A program made the translations under genes and the position numbers. The notes beneath the pieces are model-generated. The model was not told the origin of the DNA and ran no database searches. It worked only from the letters and a program-made list of their open reading frames with translations. From Dehalococcoidia bacterium (lineage in GTDB: Bacteria; Chloroflexota; Dehalococcoidia; Lucifugimonadales; UBA3495), in contig DAOUJN010000035.1 in NCBI GenBank assembly GCA_034422655.1, positions 78,549-142,548 of the forward strand: a stretch of 64,000 nucleotides of DNA, written 5' to 3'. Shown here piece by piece: positions 8,627-16,825 of this stretch. Within the stretch, counting starts at the first letter, position 1; each line of letters begins with the position of its first letter.

Positions 8627-9501
8627 TGATTGACTTTGAATTTCACCAGGCCACCGACCTGGACCACGCCTTCAGCCTGCTGGCCGATTACGGCGATGAC
8701 GCCCGCCTGATGTCCGGCGGCACCGCCCTCGTGCTTCAGATGAAGCAGCGTTTCTCCCAGCCCGGCCACGTCATCGGCCTGACGCGCATCCTCGGCCTGG
8801 ATGGCATTGATGAAACCGATAACGGCAGCATCCGCATCGGGGGCCTGTGCACCCAGCGGCAGGTGGAGAACCACCCCCTGGTGGCCGAGCGCATTCCCCT
8901 GGTGGCCGGGGCCTACCGCCACGTCGCCACGCCCCGCATCCGCAACATGGCCACGGTGGGCGGAGGCCTGGCCCACGGCGATCCCAACCAGGACCCGCCG
9001 CCATCGCTGATAGCCCTGGGGGCATCGGTGGTGCTGTCGTCGGCCAGCTGCGGAGAGCGCATCGTGCCCGCCGAGGAGCTGTTCGTGGACTACTTTGAGA
9101 CCGACGTGCGCCCCGGCGAGATTATCACGGGCCTGGTTGTTCCGCCGGCGCCTGCCGGGGCCGGTACCGCTTACGTGAAGTTCCTGCCCCGCACCGCCGA
9201 CGACTACGCCACGGTGTCGGTGGCCGCGGTGGTAACCCCCGATGAATCGGGCAACTGCGGCGATGTCCGTATCGTCCTGGGGTCGGTGGGCCTGACACCC
9301 ATCCGCGCCACCGCCGCCGAAAATGCCCTGCGGGGGCAGCCACTGACCGACGAGGCCATCCGCGAGGCGGCGGCCCTGGTACCGGACGCAGTCGACCCGC
9401 TGGACGACCACCGGGGTTCGGCGGAGTACAAGCGAGAAATGGCCGAGGTCTTCACCCGCCGGGCCGTCCGCCAGGCCATGACCAACGCCGGGATGGTGTA
9501 G
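8626..9501 (+). CDS. FAD-binding medium subunit of a CO/xanthine dehydrogenase-family enzyme (CoxM/CutM-like)
   Basis: The ATG at 8626 overlaps the coxS stop codon (TGATG). [19 protein letters not shown]...LMSGGTALV is a typical N-terminus. The upstream part of the 8431 ORF overlaps coxS and was discarded. Confidence 0.85.
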   Translation: MIDFEFHQATDLDHAFSLLADYGDDARLMSGGTALVLQMKQRFSQPGHVIGLTRILGLDGIDETDNGSIRIGGLCTQRQVENHPLVAERIPLVAGAYRHVATPRIRNMATVGGGLAHGDPNQDPPPSLIALGASVVLSSASCGERIVPAEELFVDYFETDVRPGEIITGLVVPPAPAGAGTAYVKFLPRTADDYATVSVAAVVTPDESGNCGDVRIVLGSVGLTPIRATAAENALRGQPLTDEAIREAAALVPDAVDPLDDHRGSAEYKREMAEVFTRRAVRQAMTNAGMV

Positions 9502-9505
9502 CGCC

Positions 9506-9985
9506 GTGAAGTTGGAGAACCGCTGCCTGGTGCCCGTTGACCGGGACACGGCCTGGAATCTGGTGATGAACCTGCCCCGGGTAGCGCCCTGCGTCCCCGG
9601 CCTGTCGGGGCTGGAGGCTGATGGCGAGGACCGTTACACGGGAACGCTGCAGGCCCAGGCCGGCCCCATGCGGGTTAACCTGGCCGGTACGGTAAGGCTG
9701 GTGTCGCGGGACGACGAGCGGGCCGAGGCCCACTTCCTCCTGGAGGCCGCCGACCGCCGCATCGGCGGTTCGGTGAAGACCACCATGACCCTCCAGCTAA
9801 CCCCCACCACCGACGGCCAGACCGAGCTGACCATAGCCACCGATACCGCCTTCATGGGCGCCCTGGGCACCCTGGGTCAGCCCATAATCCGCCGCAAAGC
9901 CGCCGCCACGGTGGAAGAGTTTGCCAGGAACCTGGCGAGGTTGGTAGAGGAAGCGCCCCGGGTTCAATCCACCGGGCAAGAGTAA
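9506..9985 (+). CDS. CoxG / SRPBCC family carbon monoxide dehydrogenase subunit G-like protein
   Basis: GTG start 4 nt after the coxM stop. 159 aa. CoxG-like pattern (VAPCVPG...YTGTLQAQAGPM). Confidence 0.75.
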   Translation: MKLENRCLVPVDRDTAWNLVMNLPRVAPCVPGLSGLEADGEDRYTGTLQAQAGPMRVNLAGTVRLVSRDDERAEAHFLLEAADRRIGGSVKTTMTLQLTPTTDGQTELTIATDTAFMGALGTLGQPIIRRKAAATVEEFARNLARLVEEAPRVQSTGQE

Positions 9986-10013
9986 ACGCCCGGCAGAGTT
10001 ACCGCTGGGCGTT
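9985..10013. terminator. hairpin between the convergent coxG and capA-like genes
   Basis: AACGCCC...GGGCGTT forms a 7-bp stem with a 15-nt loop, followed by ACTTTCAT. Weak T-tract. Confidence 0.3.
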
Positions 10014-10038
10014 ACTTTCATAGCTGGAAGGAATCCCC

Positions 10039-11406
10039 CTAAACCCGTATCACCCCCACTAAATCCCCGTCCTCTTCTTCAATTGCAATTTCCGTGCCGA
10101 AGGGCTTGGAAACCTGTTGCAGCCAGGTCAGGGTTTCGCGCGCTATGGGTTCTTCGGCCAGGATGGGGCGGCCCCGCTGGGGGATGGGACGGCCAAAGCC
10201 CATGTCGATGGGGTAGAGAATGACCTCCCGCAGGTCGCCGCCGGCGTAGTTGCAGACGGCCACCACGCTCTGCCAGAAGACCGGGTCGGCGGCAAAGGCG
10301 CGGGTTCCGCCGCCGGAACGGGTATCCAGGTAGTCGCCGGGGGTGCTGTTGAAGTCCAGGCCGAAGCGGCGGTAGGCCTCGTGGGGCAGCCACAGGACGC
10401 TTTCGTTCTGGAAGATGAAGTTGCCCAGGCTGTAGAAGATGGGCCGGTTTTTGTAGATTTCGATGCCCCGCAGGAAGTGGGGGCCGTGGCCCACGAAGGC
10501 GGCGCACCCCTGGTCAATGGTCCAGTGGGCAAAGTCCGTCAGGAAGTGGGGCGGCGACAGGCGGGAATGGCCGTGGAAGTCGCCGTCGGGGCCGCTCTCG
10601 TGGCAATGGACGCCGTAGACCTGCCAGTCAGACTGCTTCTGCGTCCCCCGAATCCAGTTGCCGATGCCCAGCCGGTCTTCCTCGTTCAGGGCAGTGCGGA
10701 TGGCATATTCTTCGTCAAGAATGAACTTGTTGTCCAGGAAGTCGATCTCGGTGCTGTGGTCCGGCGCATCCTCGTTGCCCCGGAAGCCGAAATAGCGGTG
10801 GAAGGCGTGCTCCTCCTCGTAGCCCAGTTCCAGGTTGGCCTTGCGCAGTGCATCGAACACGTCCTGCTGCACGTGGTGAGTGATGTCGTGGCGCAGGGCG
10901 TTGACCCCGGGGCGGCCGCGGAAGTCGGGGCGGCCGGCGCCTGCCCGGGACTGCTCGCTATAGGTACTGGTGGCCCCCATCACCGCGACCCGCCCCCGGG
11001 CCGAGTCCACGTAGGCCGGGGCACGGGCCTCGTCCAGGTCACGGCCGCCCCCGGCGTAGGGCAGGTCAATCTCTCGGCAATGCTCCAGGGTAGTCAGGAA
11101 ACCGCCCTCGGAGTAGTCGAAGGAGTGGTTGTTGGCGGCGGTTACGGCGTTGATGCCCATCCACTTTAGCTCGTCCAGGTTGTGGGGGTCGGATCGGGTG
11201 TAGGTGGCGCTGCTCCACTGCCAGCTGCTTTCAAAGTCGTGGAACAACATCTCCAGGTTGACCAGGGACACGTCGGCGCCCCGCAGGATTTCCACCAGCT
11301 TGAGAAAGCGGGGTTCCTGGAAGGCCCGCATCCGCCGGGTAATCATGGCGTCGCCGCCCAGAGCAATGGAAATATCGCGGCGCTCGGCATCGTAAATCGT
11401 GGTCAT
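10039..11406 (-). CDS. CapA family (PGA_cap) metallophosphatase-like protein
   Basis: 455 aa. VSLVNLEM...GINAVTAANNHSFDYSEGG motifs. AGGAGG RBS. Confidence 0.8.
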   Translation of the reverse strand: MTTIYDAERRDISIALGGDAMITRRMRAFQEPRFLKLVEILRGADVSLVNLEMLFHDFESSWQWSSATYTRSDPHNLDELKWMGINAVTAANNHSFDYSEGGFLTTLEHCREIDLPYAGGGRDLDEARAPAYVDSARGRVAVMGATSTYSEQSRAGAGRPDFRGRPGVNALRHDITHHVQQDVFDALRKANLELGYEEEHAFHRYFGFRGNEDAPDHSTEIDFLDNKFILDEEYAIRTALNEEDRLGIGNWIRGTQKQSDWQVYGVHCHESGPDGDFHGHSRLSPPHFLTDFAHWTIDQGCAAFVGHGPHFLRGIEIYKNRPIFYSLGNFIFQNESVLWLPHEAYRRFGLDFNSTPGDYLDTRSGGGTRAFAADPVFWQSVVAVCNYAGGDLREVILYPIDMGFGRPIPQRGRPILAEEPIARETLTWLQQVSKPFGTEIAIEEEDGDLVGVIRV

Positions 11407-11611
11407 GCTGCCTCCTGGTTGTGTTTACACAAGGTAAGCGGTTAGTGGAGGCATTTTATCAGATTCTGCGCTGATTAAGGCATTCCACTGATTTGTCCAC
11501 GAAGGACACGAAGCTGCGCGAAGGTGGAGTGGTCTGGATAGGTTGGAGTTAGCTGGAGCCGCCAGGGTTTGTAGTAGAATGGGCCGAAACCAAGCCCCTG
11601 GAGGAGCGTTT

Positions 11612-11821
11612 ATGACCACCAACGCCGACAACTCCCTGGAGCAGGACCTGCTGTTTGCCGTCATCAAAGAAAAGTACGGCCATTTGTTGACCGATGAACA
11701 ACTGGGAGGTGTCAGGAACGCCATAGTCGGCCAGCGGGGGGTGTTCCGGCCCCTGCGCGAATACAAGCTGCCCAACGACGTCGAACCCTTCTCCAACTTC
11801 AGGCCTTTCCGGGGGGATTAG
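11612..11821 (+). CDS. GatC-like small protein (AtzG/DUF4089-like) coupled to the amidase
   Basis: 69 aa. A GGAGGAG RBS precedes the ATG at 11612. The stop at 11819-11821 is 1 nt from the amidase ATG. LLTDEQLGGVRNAI...PNDVEPFSNF parallels the GatC pattern LSEDEI...TSTVEP of the true GatC at 32091-32381. Confidence 0.55.
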   Translation: MTTNADNSLEQDLLFAVIKEKYGHLLTDEQLGGVRNAIVGQRGVFRPLREYKLPNDVEPFSNFRPFRGD

Positions 11822-11822
11822 C

Positions 11823-13238
11823 ATGGCCGATATCTTCGACTTCAAGCCAATCCGGGAACTGGCCGGCCTAATTGCCAGCAAATCAGTATCTCCCGTTGAG
11901 CTTACCCAAGCCTTCCTGGAGCGGCTGGAACGTTTCGGCCCCCACTACAATGCCCTGGTTACACTGACAGCCGACCGGGCTTTAGCTACTGCCCATCAGG
12001 CCCAATCGGACATCGCGGCCGGCCACAATCGGGGTCTGCTGCAAGGCATTCCCTGGGGCGCCAAGGACCTGCTGGCGACCAGCGGCGGCATTCCCACAAC
12101 CTGGGGCGCCGCGCCGTTCCGAGAGCAGCAGTTTGACTATGACGCCACCGTGGTCGCCAGGTTGGAGGAGGCCGGCGCGCCCCTGGCCGGCAAGCTGGCC
12201 ATGATTGAACTGGCCGGGGGCATGGGCTACATTCACCCCGACGCCTCGCTGACCGGTCCGCCAAAGAATCCCTGGGACACGGGGCGGTGGACCGGCGGTT
12301 CCTCCAGTGGTTCGGGAGCGGCGGTGGCGGCGGGACTGGCGCCCTTTGCCATCGGCTCCGAGACCTGGGGTTCAATCCTTATTCCGGCCAACAACTGCGG
12401 CTTGGCCGGGCTGCGCCCCACCTACGGGCGGGTGAGCCGGCACGGGGCCATGGCCTTGTGCTGGACCCTGGACAAGCTGGGGCCCCTGTGCCTGACCGCC
12501 GACGACTGCGGCATTGTCCTGGAGGCCATTTCCGGCCCAGACCCGCATGACGGTTCCACTCATCCCGAACCCTTCGCCTACAACCAGGACTTCAACCCCG
12601 GTCGCCGCTATCGCATTGGAGTACCGATTGGTGTCCTGGACGAGGCGGCCGATACGGTAAAGGAGAACTTTGAGGCCGCTATTGAGGTTCTCCGTGATGT
12701 GGCGGACGTGGAGGAGATGGCATTCCCCGAATTGCCCTATGTAGAGGTGACGTCCGTCATCCTGATGGTGGAGTCGGCCAGCGCCTTTGAAGATTTCCTG
12801 GCCGAGGGAGGACCGCTGGAGTTGTCCGGAACGGGCTGGCACGGCCGCAGTCCCTACGCTCGCCCCGCCGTCCTGGCTACCGACTACATCAAGGCCCTGC
12901 GCCTGCGGGGCGTAATGGCGCGGCAGGTGGACGAGGTGATGGCCGGGTACGACGCCATTGCCGCGCCCACGGCCATGAACACCGCCACGCCCATCGATCA
13001 GGAGTTCCGCAGCCGCTCCATGACCTCCGCCGGGGCCGGGGACCTGATGGGCAGCATCGGCAACGGCTGCGGTCTGCCCTCAGTGTCCGTCCCCAGCGGG
13101 TTTGACGGCGACGGCCTGCCCACCGGCATCCAGTTCATGTCCCGCGCCTACGACGAAAACGTCTGCCTGGCCATCGCCCGCGAATACCAGGCGCGGACCG
13201 AGTGGCACACGCGGCACCCCGCAGAACCTGATTTGTGA
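11823..13238 (+). CDS. amidase-signature family amidohydrolase
   Basis: 471 aa with the GGSSSGSGAAVAAG signature. Paralogous to gatA in the same window. Confidence 0.9.
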   Translation: MADIFDFKPIRELAGLIASKSVSPVELTQAFLERLERFGPHYNALVTLTADRALATAHQAQSDIAAGHNRGLLQGIPWGAKDLLATSGGIPTTWGAAPFREQQFDYDATVVARLEEAGAPLAGKLAMIELAGGMGYIHPDASLTGPPKNPWDTGRWTGGSSSGSGAAVAAGLAPFAIGSETWGSILIPANNCGLAGLRPTYGRVSRHGAMALCWTLDKLGPLCLTADDCGIVLEAISGPDPHDGSTHPEPFAYNQDFNPGRRYRIGVPIGVLDEAADTVKENFEAAIEVLRDVADVEEMAFPELPYVEVTSVILMVESASAFEDFLAEGGPLELSGTGWHGRSPYARPAVLATDYIKALRLRGVMARQVDEVMAGYDAIAAPTAMNTATPIDQEFRSRSMTSAGAGDLMGSIGNGCGLPSVSVPSGFDGDGLPTGIQFMSRAYDENVCLAIAREYQARTEWHTRHPAEPDL

Positions 13239-13363
13239 TTATCCACGAAGTAACGCGAAGCGCCGCGAAGTTTGTTTTCATCCACCAATAGGCACGAATG
13301 TTCACTAATGAATGTACCTTAGTCGGCTCCCATTCGTGATTCTTCGTGCCTATTCGTGGATAA
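13239..13363. repeat. Family A inverted-repeat element, full copy with an extra degenerate left arm
   Basis: TTATCCACGAAG...CATCCACCAATAGGCACGAATGTTCACTAATG / CATTCGTGATTCTTCGTGCCTATTCGTGGATAA. Starts immediately after the amidase stop codon. Confidence 0.9.
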
Positions 13364-13374
13364 ACCCGCCGCTG

Positions 13375-13411
13375 TGCTAGAATTACCCCAATTCGGCTTA
13401 CCCCGTAGAAT
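13375..13411 (+). promoter_or_regulatory. two candidate -10 boxes upstream of the LLM gene
   Basis: TGcTAGAAT (extended -10) at 13375-13383. A second TAGAAT at 13406-13411 has TTACCC 17 nt upstream. ATG at 13429. Confidence 0.35.
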
Positions 13412-13428
13412 GACTGGGGGGAGGGACT

Positions 13429-14355
13429 ATGAGCGTTGCCATTGGATATGTGCCGGGCGCCTACGGACAGGGGGGCGACGACCCTGATTTCCTGCGCCGC
13501 CTGGTGGAACTGGGCGACAGGTACGGCTACGACTCTATCTGGCTGAGCGATCGCATCGTCAGCGACCGGTTCAGCCTGGAGCCCATGGTGGCCCTCTCCA
13601 TGGTGGCCGCCTGGTCCGACCGGATGAAGTTCGGCACCAGCGTCCTGGCGCTGCCCCTGCGCAACCCGGTGGTACTGGCCAAGCAGATAGCCACGCTGGA
13701 CTTCCTGTCCCAGGGCCGCTGCTTCCCCGCCGTGGGCCTGGGCGGCGAGGAAATCGAGGAGTACGAGGCCTGCGGTGTCCCCAAGGAGGATCGCAGCCGC
13801 CGCACCGACGAGGCCATCGTCCTGATGCGCAGGCTGTGGGAAGAGGACAACGTCACCCACGAAGGCCAGTTCTTCACCTGCCACAACGTCAGCATCACCC
13901 CCAAGACCTGCTTCAAGCCCTCGCCGCCGGTGTGGATTGGCGGCCGCAGTCCCGCCGCCGCCCGCCGGGTGGGCCGGGTCGGCGACGGCTGGCTGGTCTC
14001 CGGCGCTACCACTGATGAAATCAGCCACGGCCGGGACATCGTGTTTGAGACGGCAGCCAAGTACGAGCGGGAGATCGAGGAAGACCACATCGGCATGCTG
14101 CTGGGCTACTACATCTGCCCCGACCGCGACAAGGCAGTCGCCCAGACCCACCAGTTCGTCACCCGCCACCGCCCCGACGTGAACTTCACCGAGTACAGCG
14201 CCCTGGGCGACGTGGACGAGGTCAGCGAGGTCATCCAGCGGTACGTCGATGCCGGCGCCTCCAAGTTCGTGGTGCGGCCCCTGTGCGCCGGCGATGAGTC
14301 GGTGGAACAACTGGACATCATGGGGGAGGAGATTCTGCCGCGGTTCCACAAGTAA
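13429..14355 (+). CDS. LLM class (luciferase-like) flavin/F420-dependent oxidoreductase
   Basis: 308 aa. LLM pattern (YDSIWLSDRI...FGTSVLALPLRNPVVLAKQIATLD). GGGGGAGGG RBS. Confidence 0.85.
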   Translation: MSVAIGYVPGAYGQGGDDPDFLRRLVELGDRYGYDSIWLSDRIVSDRFSLEPMVALSMVAAWSDRMKFGTSVLALPLRNPVVLAKQIATLDFLSQGRCFPAVGLGGEEIEEYEACGVPKEDRSRRTDEAIVLMRRLWEEDNVTHEGQFFTCHNVSITPKTCFKPSPPVWIGGRSPAAARRVGRVGDGWLVSGATTDEISHGRDIVFETAAKYEREIEEDHIGMLLGYYICPDRDKAVAQTHQFVTRHRPDVNFTEYSALGDVDEVSEVIQRYVDAGASKFVVRPLCAGDESVEQLDIMGEEILPRFHK

Positions 14356-14356
14356 T

Positions 14357-14455
14357 TCAAACATGGATGCACAGGATATACAGGATAAAAATGTGAGGTC
14401 TCGTAGAAGCCTTGCTCATTTCAGCCGTCAATAGGTCCTGTATATCCATGTCTGG
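14357..14455. repeat. Family B inverted-repeat element, copy 1
   Basis: TTCAAACATGGATGCACAGGATATACAGGAT...TCCTGTATATCCATG. Starts 1 nt after the LLM stop and ends 4 nt before the MFS ATG. Confidence 0.8.
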
Positions 14456-14458
14456 CTA

Positions 14459-15733
14459 ATGCAGCAAACGCCAACATTCAGCCGCAGGCCCGGCAGCCGG
14501 GTCCCTCCCGCCTTTCGTTATTCCGCCTTTCGCGCCTATTGGGCGGGCATGCTCTGCGCCGTTACCGGCTTCCAGATGTTTCGGGTGGCCCAGAGCTGGC
14601 TGGTGTACGAGCTCACCGGCTCCCCCCTTTACCTGGGCTATGCCCTGGCCGCCAATGCCATCCCCGGCATCGTCTTCAACCTGGTGGGCGGCGTATTCGC
14701 CGACCGGCTTAACAAGCGCATCCTGGTATTCAGCACCCAGGGCAGCACCGGCCTGTTCATCCTGGTCATGGGCTTGCTGACCTTGCTGGGCGTGGTGGAA
14801 GTGTGGCACATCCTGGTGATTGCATTCCTGGCCGGGGCGGCGGAGGCCTTCGACACCCCGGCCCGCCAGGCCCTCTATCCTCACCTTATCGAACGGTCGG
14901 CCATGACCAGCGCGGTGGCCCTCAATTCCGCCATCTGGCAGGGCACCCGTATCGTCGCGCCGGCCATAGCCGGCTTCCTCATTGACCTGGTCAACACCGG
15001 CACGGCCCTGGTCGTTTCCGCGGCGGGGTTCTTCGTCATGGCCGGCGTAATGGTCTTCCTGCGCATTCCTGCCATACCCCAGGGTGCGCCCCGCAATCCG
15101 GCCCGCGCCCTGTGGGAGGGCATGACCTTCATCGGCAGGAACAGCATTTTCGCCTTTCTGATTGCGATGACTTTCTTCAACAGCTTTTTCGGCATGGCCT
15201 ACGTGCTGCTGATGCCCGTCTTCGCGGTGGACGTGCTGGCGGTGGGGGGCAGAGGGTTGGGCATCCTGCTGGGAGTGGGCGGTGTGGGGTCTCTGCTGAC
15301 CACCATCTGGCTGGGAGCCCGGGGCGGCCTGGACCAGCGGGGCCTGGCCATAATAGGGGGAGCCACCGTCTTCGGCCTGGGCATAGTTGCTTTCGGCCTC
15401 ACCTCTCAATACCTGGGCAATTACACCCTGGCCCTGGCGTTGATGGCAGTGCTGGGCTGCAGCAACTCCGTGTACATGATCTCCATCCAGAGTTCCCTGC
15501 AGGTGCTGGTGCCGGACAACGTGCGGGGACGGGTGATGGGGTTCTACGGGATGACCTACAGCATCATGCCCCTGGGCGGTTTGCAGGCCGGGGCCCTGGC
15601 CAGCGTTTCATGGATTGGCGCGCCTTTTGCCGTGGCCATCGGCGGCGCCGCGGTAGCCCTGTTTGCCCTGGCTACGGGGGTGTTCAACGGGAAGGTTCGG
15701 CGGCTTGGCGGGCAGGCGCGGGAAGATGATTGA
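14459..15733 (+). CDS. MFS transporter
   Basis: 424 aa, multi-TM. The N-terminal FRYSAFRAYWAGM...YELTGSPLYLGY is paralogous to the MFS at 50214-51497. Confidence 0.85.
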   Translation: MQQTPTFSRRPGSRVPPAFRYSAFRAYWAGMLCAVTGFQMFRVAQSWLVYELTGSPLYLGYALAANAIPGIVFNLVGGVFADRLNKRILVFSTQGSTGLFILVMGLLTLLGVVEVWHILVIAFLAGAAEAFDTPARQALYPHLIERSAMTSAVALNSAIWQGTRIVAPAIAGFLIDLVNTGTALVVSAAGFFVMAGVMVFLRIPAIPQGAPRNPARALWEGMTFIGRNSIFAFLIAMTFFNSFFGMAYVLLMPVFAVDVLAVGGRGLGILLGVGGVGSLLTTIWLGARGGLDQRGLAIIGGATVFGLGIVAFGLTSQYLGNYTLALALMAVLGCSNSVYMISIQSSLQVLVPDNVRGRVMGFYGMTYSIMPLGGLQAGALASVSWIGAPFAVAIGGAAVALFALATGVFNGKVRRLGGQAREDD

Positions 15734-15743
15734 GGATTATGAA

Positions 15744-15815
15744 CTTGGATGCACAGGATATACAGGATGAACTCTGGGCCAAATCCTGTACATCCTGTCT
15801 ATCCATGTTTAACCC
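15744..15815. repeat. Family B inverted-repeat element, copy 2
   Basis: CTTGGATGCACAGGATATACAGGATG...AATCCTGTACATCCTGTCTATCCATGTTTAACCC. Lies between the convergent MFS and epimerase stop codons. Confidence 0.8.
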
Positions 15816-15817
15816 GG

Positions 15818-16765
15818 TTACCCCCCAATCGGCTCCAGCCCCGCCTCTTCCCGCGCGTCGTTGATGTGTTCCAGCACCCGAACTTCCAGTGGGGCCAGTT
15901 CGTAGCCCACATCGGCCAGCATGCGGCTGTTGTCCACCAGGTAAACGTGGGGTACTGCCTGCTGGCCGGTGGTTATCTGCGCGTCGGGGATGAAGCGGCG
16001 CACCACGTCGGCCATGTCGCCGATGGTGGCCAGGTGGCCGCCGGTCAGGTACACGTGGTGGTTCAGGTCGCCGGACAGGGCCACCTGCACGAAGATTTCG
16101 GCGGCGTCCTCGGCGTGGATCATGGGTGACGCCTCGTCCGGGTTGAAGGGCATGGCCACGGGTTGCCCTAATGCCGGCAGGGACACCATCAGGCCGCCAA
16201 TCATGCCCGTCATGCCCGTGGTGCGGCCGTGGCCGAAAACGGTGCCGATGCGGATGCCCCGCAGGTCCAGCCCGTACCGGTCCCGGTACTTCCAGGCCGA
16301 GAAGTCGTTGGCCGCCTTGGTCATGCCGTACACGTTGATGGGCGCGGTCAGGTCGTCCTCCACCAGGGGCCGCTCCCCGAAGGTCTCCTGGACCCCGTAC
16401 ACCGCAATGGAGCTGGCGTATACCACCCGCTGCACTTCCGTCCAGCGGGCCGCCTCGAAGACGTTATTGGTGCCCACGATGTTGACCTGCATTCCGAAGT
16501 GGGGCCGGTCTTCCGTATCCGGCGGCAGCAGGGCCGCCATGTGGATGATGCGGTCCACCCCGTGCAGGTTCACCGCCTCCAGCAGGTGGGGAAGCTGGGT
16601 AATATCGCCCCGGTAGAAGGGCACGTCGGCCAGGTGCCGGTGCAGCGGCAGATTGCTGCGGGGCGGGGCCAGGTCGAAGGACATAACGTCCTCGCCCCGT
16701 TCCTGCAGCTTGCGAATAATGCGGGAGCCGATGAGGCCGTTGCCCCCGGTAACCATGACTGTCAT
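15818..16765 (-). CDS. NAD-dependent epimerase/dehydratase family protein
   Basis: VTGGNGLIGSRIIRKL Rossmann motif. ATG at 16765 follows a GGAGGA RBS. The longest ORF reaches 16792. Confidence 0.8.
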   Translation of the reverse strand: MTVMVTGGNGLIGSRIIRKLQERGEDVMSFDLAPPRSNLPLHRHLADVPFYRGDITQLPHLLEAVNLHGVDRIIHMAALLPPDTEDRPHFGMQVNIVGTNNVFEAARWTEVQRVVYASSIAVYGVQETFGERPLVEDDLTAPINVYGMTKAANDFSAWKYRDRYGLDLRGIRIGTVFGHGRTTGMTGMIGGLMVSLPALGQPVAMPFNPDEASPMIHAEDAAEIFVQVALSGDLNHHVYLTGGHLATIGDMADVVRRFIPDAQITTGQQAVPHVYLVDNSRMLADVGYELAPLEVRVLEHINDAREEAGLEPIGG

Positions 16766-16784
16766 TGTTGTTCCTCCGGTTCGG

Positions 16785-16825
16785 TTATCCACGAATTCGC
16801 CGCGGCGGACGAATTATCACAAATG
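16785..16825. repeat. Family A element, half copy (left arm with CCGCGGCGG insert)
   Basis: TTATCCACGAATTCGCCGCGGCGGACGAATTATCACAAATG. Abuts the rsmG stop at 16826. Confidence 0.8.
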
